A stretch of 32,000 nt of DNA. Source: an uncultured Anaeromyxobacter sp. GTDB taxonomy: Bacteria > Myxococcota > Myxococcia > Myxococcales > Anaeromyxobacteraceae. Within the stretch, counting starts at the first letter, position 1. Every line of letters begins with the position of its first letter. The translations under genes were made by a program, and so were the position numbers. The notes beneath the pieces are model-generated. The model ran no database searches. It was not told the DNA's origin and worked only from the letters and a program-made list of their open reading frames with translations. Below, in pieces: positions 17,740 to 24,514 of this stretch. The DNA lies in the NCBI GenBank assembly GCA_903874275.1, contig CAIQRS010000027.1, positions 1-32,000 on the forward strand. The letters are read 5' to 3'.

Positions 17740-18656
17740 CCGGGGGCGTGCAGACCGGGCCCCCCTCGTTCGACGCCTACCCCGGCCTGTACGTCGCGGC
17801 CGACGCCGCCGCGGTCTCGCTGCAGCGCCAGCACTTCCTGGGCGAGGCGGTGCTTCTGGTCCTGAACCCGCTCAGCGCGGCGCTGGTCCTGGCCATCGCG
17901 CTCGGCGTGGTGCGCTTGCAGTTCGCCGTGCTCACCGCCTTCTCCACGACGCTGCTCGTCCTCGTGCTCTGGGTGGTGCGTGCCAGCCGATGGCAGAACC
18001 AGTGGTACGACTGCCGCAGCGCCGCGGAGGACCTGAAGCGGATCACCTGGCGCTACCTCATGCAGCTCGATCCGTTCCCGCCCGGCGCGCCTGCTCCGGA
18101 CGCGAGCTTCGTCCGCGCCATGGAGGAGGCGGTGCGCGACCATCCCGACGTCCTTCGCGCGCTGGGCAGGCGCGCCCACGTCCTCGCGCCTCCGGTCACC
18201 CCCGAGATGCAGCGGATCCGGCGGGCCAGCGCGTCCGAGCGCGCCGAGATCTACCTCGCCTCCCGCCTTCGCCCCGAGGCGGCCTGGTACGCAGCCAAGG
18301 CGGAGCGCTTCGCCGCCGCGGACCGGAGGTGGTTCGCCGGACTGATCCTCGTGCAGGTCGCGGCGGTGGTCTCGGCCATCGTCCTGGCAGCGCGGGTCCA
18401 GGGAGGGGGAGCCGGGAGCGCCGCCGCGGACAGCTGGGTCCCCATGCTCACGGCCTTCGGGACCGCGCTCATGGGCTGGCAGCGCTCCAAGCGCCATGCG
18501 GACCTGACGATGTCCTACTCCGCCACGGCGCAGAAGCTGGCCGGATTCGAGTCCAGCCGGCCGCCGCTCGCGGAGCCGGCCGCCTACCTTTCCTGGGTCG
18601 AGCGGGTGGAGGCGACGCTCGCACAGGAGCACGAGGCCTGGCGGCACATGACGTAG
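17736..18656 (+). CDS. Tandem 2TM+2TM SLATT/DUF4231-like membrane protein (predicted membrane effector family)
   Basis: GTG 17736 overlaps the OMP stop (GTGA), 306 aa. Hydrophobic pair 1 (AVLLVLNPLSAALVLAIALGVV / FAVLTAFSTTLLVLVLWVV) is followed by WQNQWYDCRSAAEDLKRITWRY. The second unit has RLRPEAAWYAAKAERFAAADRRW, then two more helices (FAGLILVQVAAVVSAIVLAA / WVPMLTAFGTALMGW). These are the patterns I associate with SLATT and DUF4231 families. Confidence 0.75.
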   Translation: MTGGVQTGPPSFDAYPGLYVAADAAAVSLQRQHFLGEAVLLVLNPLSAALVLAIALGVVRLQFAVLTAFSTTLLVLVLWVVRASRWQNQWYDCRSAAEDLKRITWRYLMQLDPFPPGAPAPDASFVRAMEEAVRDHPDVLRALGRRAHVLAPPVTPEMQRIRRASASERAEIYLASRLRPEAAWYAAKAERFAAADRRWFAGLILVQVAAVVSAIVLAARVQGGGAGSAAADSWVPMLTAFGTALMGWQRSKRHADLTMSYSATAQKLAGFESSRPPLAEPAAYLSWVERVEATLAQEHEAWRHMT

Positions 18657-18678
18657 CGCCGCCAGGTCGGGTGGACGG

Positions 18679-19377
18679 TCAGAAGAGCCGGTATCCGGCG
18701 AAGGCCTGGACCATGAACGCGAAGGCCGCCGAGGAGTTCTTGGCCGTGGGGATCATCACGCCGAAGCGGGTGTTCAGGCCGATGGCGATGTTCGGATCGT
18801 CGAAGTGGTACTCGACGTAGGGGCCTGCCCAGGGGCCGATGACGAAGTTCACCGGGTCGGTGACGTTGAGCGCCAGGTTGAGATCGAGTCCGCCGCCGAT
18901 CTCGAGGTTGTGCGCCACCGGGAAGCCTCCCACCACGCCCGCCGGGAAGGTGAAGGCGAACAGGGTCTTGCTCGTGTCGTAGCAGAAGCTGGTTCCGGCC
19001 ACGCAGGTGCTGCCCGAGAAGTAGAGCCGGACCCCCGGATCGACGTGGAACACGAGGTTGAACTTTTCCCCCTTGATGAACTGGAAGCGCAGCGGCGCCC
19101 AGAGCCCGAGGCCGAACTGGGTGTAGGTCGTGCCCTCGAGGCCGTAGAGGAGGCCGAAGCGGATGCCCATGTCGGACGCCTTGCCCAGGTTGAACGTGTA
19201 GCCGAAGTTGACGTTCGGCCAGCCAGCCTGGACGTCCTCGAATGGCTTGCCGGTATTGATCTCGCTGCCGACGACGCTCCAGTCCCCCAGCCCCTTGCCA
19301 TGCTGGGAACGCTGGGCGTGCACGGCGACGGGGGCGATGGCGAGTGCGACGGCGACGGCCAGCATCGGGAATCTCAT
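18679..19377 (-). CDS. Small outer-membrane beta-barrel protein
   Basis: ATG 19377 with GGAGGAG upstream, 232 aa. Signal peptide MRFPMLAVAVALAIAPVAVHA|Q. Canonical C-terminal beta-signal ...AFAGYRLF. One Cys pair, CVAGTSFC. Confidence 0.85.
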   Translation of the reverse strand: MRFPMLAVAVALAIAPVAVHAQRSQHGKGLGDWSVVGSEINTGKPFEDVQAGWPNVNFGYTFNLGKASDMGIRFGLLYGLEGTTYTQFGLGLWAPLRFQFIKGEKFNLVFHVDPGVRLYFSGSTCVAGTSFCYDTSKTLFAFTFPAGVVGGFPVAHNLEIGGGLDLNLALNVTDPVNFVIGPWAGPYVEYHFDDPNIAIGLNTRFGVMIPTAKNSSAAFAFMVQAFAGYRLF

Positions 19378-19425
19378 CGGTTGCTCCTCCGGGTTGGGGC
19401 CATGGACGGACAGCGAGCCCAATGG

Positions 19426-19454
19426 AGAATTCGATCGTCGAGGGGCCCTGTCAA
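19426..19454 (-). promoter_or_regulatory. Sigma-70-like promoter candidate for the OMP gene at 19377
   Basis: On the minus strand: TTGACA (19454-19449), 17-nt spacer, AATTCT (19431-19426), about 45 nt upstream of the ATG. Pattern match only. Confidence 0.3.
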
Positions 19455-19532
19455 GCAGGGTTCGGGCAGCGCCCCATCGAGCCTTGACTCAAGGTCAACC
19501 TTTCGGGGCAGCACCCATCCGGGGCGTGCCGG

Positions 19533-20273
19533 TCACGGCGCTCCTCGAGGCGGCGAGGCGCCGCCGCACCTCATCCGCCCCTCCAGCGCCTTCGCGTTCA
19601 GCGGGTCGCGCCGGAGGGCATCGTCGTAGGCCTTGATGGCGAGCTTGCAGTTGCCCTTGGCCCGCTCCTGGTCGCCCATCTTCACGTAGCGCGCCGCGCT
19701 CCCGCCACCCACCTCGTTGGGAAAAGCGGCCCGCTCCGGGTTCACGATGCGGTCCACCGCCGCCTGGTCGAGCTCGCCGAGCAGGAGGCGCACCCGCGCC
19801 CGGACGATCTCGCAGGAACGCAGCCGCTGGTAGGGCTCGACCGCGTGGACCTTCCCCTTCGCGTCCACGATGACGATGACCGGGTGCTGCCGCAGCTCCA
19901 GCCGGCCGTAGACCCGGTCCCCCTCGTCGAGCAGGATCGGCGACTTCACCCCCGACCCGGCCACCATCGCCTGGACCTGGTCGCGCGGCGCGCCCGCCGA
20001 CACCACGCCCACCGTGTGGACCGGCTTGCCGGCGAAGAGGGGCTCGCACTGGGCGAGTCTTCGCAGGGTGTCCGCCGAACGATCCTGCTCGGGGCGGAAG
20101 AAGACCACCAGGTTGACCTGCCCCGGGACGATCAGCGCGTGGCGGCCGCCCGCCAGGGTCGCGAGCTCGGCGCCCTCCACGAGGGTCCCGGCCTCGACGT
20201 GGCCCCTGGCCGCGGCCGGCGCCCCGAGCAGCGCGACCGCCAGCGCGACCAGCAAGCCAGCATTCGCCGTCAT
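19533..20273 (-). CDS. Periplasmic thioredoxin/redoxin-fold (no catalytic Cys) plus TPR protein, paralogue 2
   Basis: The last 246 codons of track ORF 19533..22196. ATG 20273 overlaps the upstream stop (ATGA). Signal peptide MTANAGLLVALAVALLGAPAAA. The redoxin-like core VNLVVFFRPEQDRSADTL has no CxxC or Cys at the catalytic position. C-terminal TPR-like KLAIKAYDDALRRDPLNAKAL. Confidence 0.75.
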   Translation of the reverse strand: MTANAGLLVALAVALLGAPAAARGHVEAGTLVEGAELATLAGGRHALIVPGQVNLVVFFRPEQDRSADTLRRLAQCEPLFAGKPVHTVGVVSAGAPRDQVQAMVAGSGVKSPILLDEGDRVYGRLELRQHPVIVIVDAKGKVHAVEPYQRLRSCEIVRARVRLLLGELDQAAVDRIVNPERAAFPNEVGGGSAARYVKMGDQERAKGNCKLAIKAYDDALRRDPLNAKALEGRMRCGGASPPRGAP

Positions 20274-21118
20274 CTCTTCCCCTCGCAGCCACGCCTGCCC
20301 TCGGCGGCCGATGCGCTCCCCGGGTCGATCTTCAGCGCCTGGTCGAAGGCGGGCAGCGCCTGGCGGCACTTCCCCTGCCCGGCCAGCGCCTGGCCCATGA
20401 GGACGTGGGCCGCGGCCAGCCCGGGCTCCTTCTCCAGCGCGATCCGCGCCTGCTCGGCGGCCTTGGACCACTGCCTGGATTCCAGGAACATCTCGCCGAG
20501 CTTCACGCGCCGCCCGGCCACGGCGCCCGGCACCGCGTTGGGGAAGAGGGCCTTCTGCGGCTGGTCCACCCGCTCGACCGCCGCCAGGTCCACCTCGTGG
20601 AGCGCGTGGCGGATCCGCACCCGGATCATGTCGCAGTAGTTGATCCGGTGGTACGGCACGTAGTCGAGCAGCGCCCCCTTTTCGTCGGCGATGCCGATCA
20701 CCGGGTGCAACCGCACGCCCAGCTTGCCGTAGAGCGCGTCCCCCTCGTCGAGCAGCACCGGCATCTGGATGCCGGACGCGATCACGAACGCCCTCAGCTC
20801 GTCGCGCGCGTGGCTCCCGGAGACGACCGCCACCCAGCGCACCGGCTTGGCCGTGAACTCCTTCTCGCAGACGGCCATCGCCTTCAGCGTGTCGAGCGAC
20901 CGATCGTGGCCGGGCCGGAAGAAGACCAGGACGTTGGCGAGCGCCTTCCCGGACAGGAGCATCTCCCGGCGTCCGTCGAGGGTGGCCAGTTCCACGTTCT
21001 CGACCCGCTGCCCCACCTCGACGTTGGCGAAGGCCGAGCCGGTGAGCGGCCAGAGCACGCCGGAGAGCGCCCCCCCGAGGACCCCCAGGATCAGCCGTCG
21101 CCTCGCCTGCTCGCCCAT
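20270..21118 (-). CDS. Periplasmic thioredoxin/redoxin-fold (no catalytic Cys) plus TPR protein, paralogue 1
   Basis: 282 aa with a signal peptide. The core NVLVFFRPGHDRSLDTLKAM...PVLLDEGDALYGKLGVRLHPV is collinear with the downstream paralogue. C-terminal TPR-like repeats (AAAHVLMGQALAGQGKCRQALPAFDQALKIDP). Confidence 0.78.
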   Translation of the reverse strand: MGEQARRRLILGVLGGALSGVLWPLTGSAFANVEVGQRVENVELATLDGRREMLLSGKALANVLVFFRPGHDRSLDTLKAMAVCEKEFTAKPVRWVAVVSGSHARDELRAFVIASGIQMPVLLDEGDALYGKLGVRLHPVIGIADEKGALLDYVPYHRINYCDMIRVRIRHALHEVDLAAVERVDQPQKALFPNAVPGAVAGRRVKLGEMFLESRQWSKAAEQARIALEKEPGLAAAHVLMGQALAGQGKCRQALPAFDQALKIDPGSASAAEGRRGCEGKR

Positions 21119-21124
21119 CCGCCG

Positions 21125-22180
21125 CTACCTCTCGTAGCTCTTGGTGTCGTGGCAGGTCCGGGCGCACTGCCCGCCGGTGGGGGTCTTCAGGTAGTTGATC
21201 TTGAGGACCCAGCCGGTCGGGCCGTAGGGGACGCCGTCGCGGACGTGTCGGGGTTGCCGGGAGGCGTGCACCTCGTGGCAGGCCCGGCAGGCGCGGCCGC
21301 GGTCGGCCTTGTTCACGTGCAGGAAGTGCAGGTTGCGGGAGCCGTCGCGGAAGTTGGTGAGGGTGCGCGTCTCCGGCTCGCTCACCACCTTCTCGTTGTG
21401 GCAACTGAAGCACAGCGCGTAGTTCTTGCGGTCGTACGCCGAGTAGAATGTGGCCGGGTACTCGGCGATCAGCAGGCGGAAGTTCTCGCCGCCGTGCGTC
21501 CGGTGGCAGGCGGAGCAGTCCTTGGCCTGGACCGGCGCGTGCTTGACCTTGTTCTCGTCCAGCCACTTCTTGTAGTTCGTGAGGACGACACCCTCGTGGT
21601 CCTTCATGTCGTCCACGGCGTGGCAGCTCACGCACTGGTCGTAGGGCAGCTGGATGAGCAGCTTCTCCACCGAGGTTCCGTGGGGGTTGTGGCAGTTGGC
21701 GCACTTCGCGCCCTGGTCCAGGGCGCCGTGCTTCACCTTCGACGTCTCGGCGATCTCCTTGACCTGCCGGTGGCAGTCCTTGCAGCCCGTGGCCAGCTCG
21801 GTGTGGAGGAGCCCTCGCTCCCGGGAGTTGTGCGCGTTGTGGCAGTTGAGGCAGCTCTCCACCGCCGGCGGGTGCTGGTACGGGCGCTTCATGATCTCCT
21901 GGAACTCGTCGTGGCAGGAGTAGCAGAGCGCGTTGCCGCTGGTCGTGACCGGCCCGGGCTTCCTTGGATCCGCGCTGGCGTGGCAGATGGAGCAATCGCC
22001 CGCCTCGTAGGGCGCGTGGCTCCAGGCCGTCTTCTCCCTGGCGGGCAGGGGGCCCGGGTTCACCTTGAAGGTGTGCTTGCGGAGCGCCTTCGGCTCCGTG
22101 GACGGCGCGCCCGCCGCCGGGCCAGGCAGCGCCAGCGCCGCGGCGCAGGCCACCGACACGAGGATCTTCGCCCACGCCAT
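21125..22180 (-). CDS. Multihaem c-type cytochrome (9 CxxCH plus 1 CxxxCH)
   Basis: ATG 22180 with GGAGGA 8 nt upstream, 351 aa. Signal peptide MAWAKILVSVACAAALALPGPAAGA. Haem motifs: CSICH, CYSCH, CLNCH, CKDCH, CANCH, CVSCH, CSACH, CFSCH, CRACH and CARTCH. Several are of the CxxCHxxH type. Confidence 0.93.
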   Translation of the reverse strand: MAWAKILVSVACAAALALPGPAAGAPSTEPKALRKHTFKVNPGPLPAREKTAWSHAPYEAGDCSICHASADPRKPGPVTTSGNALCYSCHDEFQEIMKRPYQHPPAVESCLNCHNAHNSRERGLLHTELATGCKDCHRQVKEIAETSKVKHGALDQGAKCANCHNPHGTSVEKLLIQLPYDQCVSCHAVDDMKDHEGVVLTNYKKWLDENKVKHAPVQAKDCSACHRTHGGENFRLLIAEYPATFYSAYDRKNYALCFSCHNEKVVSEPETRTLTNFRDGSRNLHFLHVNKADRGRACRACHEVHASRQPRHVRDGVPYGPTGWVLKINYLKTPTGGQCARTCHDTKSYER

Positions 22181-22400
22181 TCGTGCCGTCCTCCACGCGT
22201 CGAGACGCGACCAGGGTTGCATGGCAGCTTTCTCACGGTCCGCACGGCCCGGCAAGGTTCCGTGGCCGATCGGGCGCGAGAAAGTTCACTGTAGGTCTAA
22301 GTGGGAACGGGTGGGCGCGGAGGACCCGGGCCATTCGACCGACAGTAAATGCTCGCTGACCGCCTTGCTACGTCCTTCCGCACGAACGTAGGATGGCGCC

Positions 22401-23288
22401 GTGCGATTCACCTGCGGCAACTGCGGCCGGGCCTACGTGGCGGACGACCGGATCCAGGGTCGCTCCTTCAAGATGCCGTGCCGGCGCTGCGGCCAGATCA
22501 TCTCGGTGGAGGGGACGCCCCCGCCGCCGCCAGCCCCGACGGAACCCGGGGCGGCCGCCGGTCCGGAGCCTGCCCGCGAGCCCCCGGTCGTCGTCGAGCC
22601 CCCTCCCGCCCCCCGGAAGCGCGGGGCGGCGCCGCTGCTCCTCGTGGGCGTGGTCATCCTCGCCGCGATCGGCGGGGTCGCCTGGTACCTCGCCACCTCC
22701 CCGAGCCGCGGCGTGCCCCCGCAGGCGGCGCGCCCCCCCGAGATCCCGCCCGCGCCCGTCCCGGCGATCCCTGCACCCGCGGAACCACCGGCCCCGGTCG
22801 TGGCGGCGCCCGCCGCGCCGGTGGAGGCGGCCGCCGCGCCCGTGGAGGCGCCGCCCAGGGACGCAAAGAAGCGCGCGCCCCCGCCGGCTGCTGCCGCGGC
22901 TCCCGCGAAGACCCCCCCGGCTCCCGCGCCGGTGAGCAAGGCCGCACCGCAGGCGGCGGCCGCGGCGCCCGCGGCACCCCGACCCGACCTCCCTCCCCGC
23001 GACGAGCAGCAGATCCAGGCCACGCTCGCTGCGCACGCCGGGAGCTTCGACGGCTGCGTGGCGGACGCGCGCCGCGACGAGCCGGACCTGCTCGCGAGCC
23101 CCCGGCCGATCCTGGTGACCATGACGGTCCGCCCGACCGGCAAGGTGATCTATCCCACCCTCGACGACGCCCAGCTCAACGGGACCGCCCTGGGCACCTG
23201 CGTGAAGGAGCAAGCCACGCGGATGGTCTTCCCGGAGAGCGGGGGCGAGCCGGTCCGCGTGCGGATGCCCGTGACCCTGGGCAGGTGA
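22401..23288 (+). CDS. Zinc-ribbon (MJ0042-type) / TM / Pro-Ala-rich / AgmX-PglI-like C-terminal domain protein
   Basis: GTG 22401. N-terminus MRFTCGNCGRAYVADD...FKMPCRRCGQII (two CxxC pairs). TM helix LLLVGVVILAAIGGVAWYL. A Pro/Ala-rich segment of ~130 aa. The C-terminal ~95 aa has two Cys (FDGCVADA...GTCVKEQATRMVFP), resembling the myxobacterial AgmX/PglI tail. The family call is from memory. Confidence 0.8.
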   Translation: MRFTCGNCGRAYVADDRIQGRSFKMPCRRCGQIISVEGTPPPPPAPTEPGAAAGPEPAREPPVVVEPPPAPRKRGAAPLLLVGVVILAAIGGVAWYLATSPSRGVPPQAARPPEIPPAPVPAIPAPAEPPAPVVAAPAAPVEAAAAPVEAPPRDAKKRAPPPAAAAAPAKTPPAPAPVSKAAPQAAAAAPAAPRPDLPPRDEQQIQATLAAHAGSFDGCVADARRDEPDLLASPRPILVTMTVRPTGKVIYPTLDDAQLNGTALGTCVKEQATRMVFPESGGEPVRVRMPVTLGR

Positions 23289-23296
23289 GCGTCGGG

Positions 23297-23857
23297 CTAC
23301 GCCGCGAACCTCGCCGCCCAGCGTGCCAGCTCCTCGAGCAGCTTCCCCAGGAACTTGCGCGTTCCCTCGTCGGTGAACACGCCCGCGGCGTCCCGCTTCT
23401 GGTGCGCCTGCGCCACCAGCACCTCGGGTGAAGGGACGACCAGGGCGCCCATGGCGGCGAGGATGCGCCGAAGGTCCATCTGGGCGCGGGCCGTGCCGAG
23501 CACCCCGGGCGACGCTCCGGTGATGGCGACGACCTTGCCGCGGAAGGGCGACTTGCCCGGCGGGCGCGCCGCCCAGTCGAGCGCGTTCTTGAGGACACCG
23601 GGCACGGACTGGCTGTACTCGGGCGTGATCACCAGCACCGCCCCGGCGCGCTGGATCTCCTCGTTCATCGAGGCGACCGGGCCGGGGAGGCCCTTCTCCT
23701 CGAGGTCACCGTCGTAGAACGGGAGGGTCCCGATCCCTTCCCATGCGCGGACCGCCATCCCGGGCGGCGCGATCTCCCGGGCCAGGCGCAGGAGGGCGCG
23801 GTTGTGGGAGCCCGCGCGCAGGCTCCCTGCGATTCCGATGACGTCGAGGTCGGCCAT
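23297..23857 (-). CDS. NADPH-dependent FMN reductase family oxidoreductase (ChrR/YieF-like)
   Basis: The last 186 codons of track ORF 23297..24409, starting at ATG 23857 (MADLDVIGIAGSLRAGSHNRALL...). Contains VLVITPEYSQSVPGVLKNALDW, typical of the FMN_red family. Confidence 0.88.
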   Translation of the reverse strand: MADLDVIGIAGSLRAGSHNRALLRLAREIAPPGMAVRAWEGIGTLPFYDGDLEEKGLPGPVASMNEEIQRAGAVLVITPEYSQSVPGVLKNALDWAARPPGKSPFRGKVVAITGASPGVLGTARAQMDLRRILAAMGALVVPSPEVLVAQAHQKRDAAGVFTDEGTRKFLGKLLEELARWAARFAA

Positions 23858-23868
23858 GATCCGCCTGC

Positions 23869-24510
23869 CTAACCGGCCCGGTCTTCCCCGTCCACCGGCG
23901 GCGCGTAGACCGGCACCGGGAAGACCGCCTGCGCCCGGGCTCCGCCCCGCCCCTGCACCCGGAGCTCCCAGCGGCGGGCCTCGGGGGCGCGGAGCGCGGT
24001 GCCGAGGTCCCGCTCGACGGCGGGGAGCTCGAAGGTGATCTCCGTCTCCGCCGCCGGGAGGATCACCTGGGAGGTCCGGTAGACCTCCACCTCGGGCCAG
24101 GCGGCCGGGCCGTCCTCGCGCCTCCGCTCCAGGCAGGCCAGCGTCACCTCCACCGCGCCCCTGCCCTCGTCCACCGCGTCGAGCGCCAGCACCGCCTCGA
24201 AGGGCTCGCCGAGGAAGAAGGGGAAGCGGTCGAAGCGGAGCCGGGGCGCGCCGCTGCTGCGCCAGGACCGGCGCATCCAGGCGCCTCGCAGGAGCAGCGC
24301 CGCCGGGACCAGGTCGGCCACCGCCACCACCCCGGGCCAGAGCAGGTCGGGGCGCCCCGCCGAGAGCGCGTTCCAGGGGAGCAGCACCGCCGCCGAGGCG
24401 AGCCCCCACCAGAGCACCCGGCGCCCCCGCCGATCCAGGTCTCCGGGCTCGCCAGCCGGGTCCCAGGGACGGTCGCTGCGCCAGGGCTGGGCGAGGTCGA
24501 GGGCCGGCAA
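23869..24510 (-). CDS. Hypothetical 2-TM membrane protein
   Basis: 213-aa ORF lying between mqnD (stop 24515) and the FMN reductase gene. Two hydrophobic helices (VLWWGLASAAVLLPW, LLWPGVVAVADLVPAALLL) follow DRRGRR, then a ~130-aa soluble domain. The TTG start 24510 is uncertain; GTG 24417 is an alternative. Confidence 0.6.
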   Translation of the reverse strand: MPALDLAQPWRSDRPWDPAGEPGDLDRRGRRVLWWGLASAAVLLPWNALSAGRPDLLWPGVVAVADLVPAALLLRGAWMRRSWRSSGAPRLRFDRFPFFLGEPFEAVLALDAVDEGRGAVEVTLACLERRREDGPAAWPEVEVYRTSQVILPAAETEITFELPAVERDLGTALRAPEARRWELRVQGRGGARAQAVFPVPVYAPPVDGEDRAG

Positions 24511-24514
24511 GGGA

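Noticed and set aside
12770-19532. Prophage, ICE or transposon interpretation of the accessory block
   Set aside because: No integrase, recombinase, transposase, phage structural genes, flanking tRNA or terminal repeats are visible. I keep only the weaker genomic-islet hypothesis.
19533-22196. 887-aa ORF spanning the whole cytochrome operon
   Set aside because: The upstream 641 codons are an alternative frame over the cytochrome gene and the first TPR gene (Arg/Gly/Pro-rich, no motifs). Only the segment from ATG 20273, which has a signal peptide and is paralogous to the neighbour, is credible.
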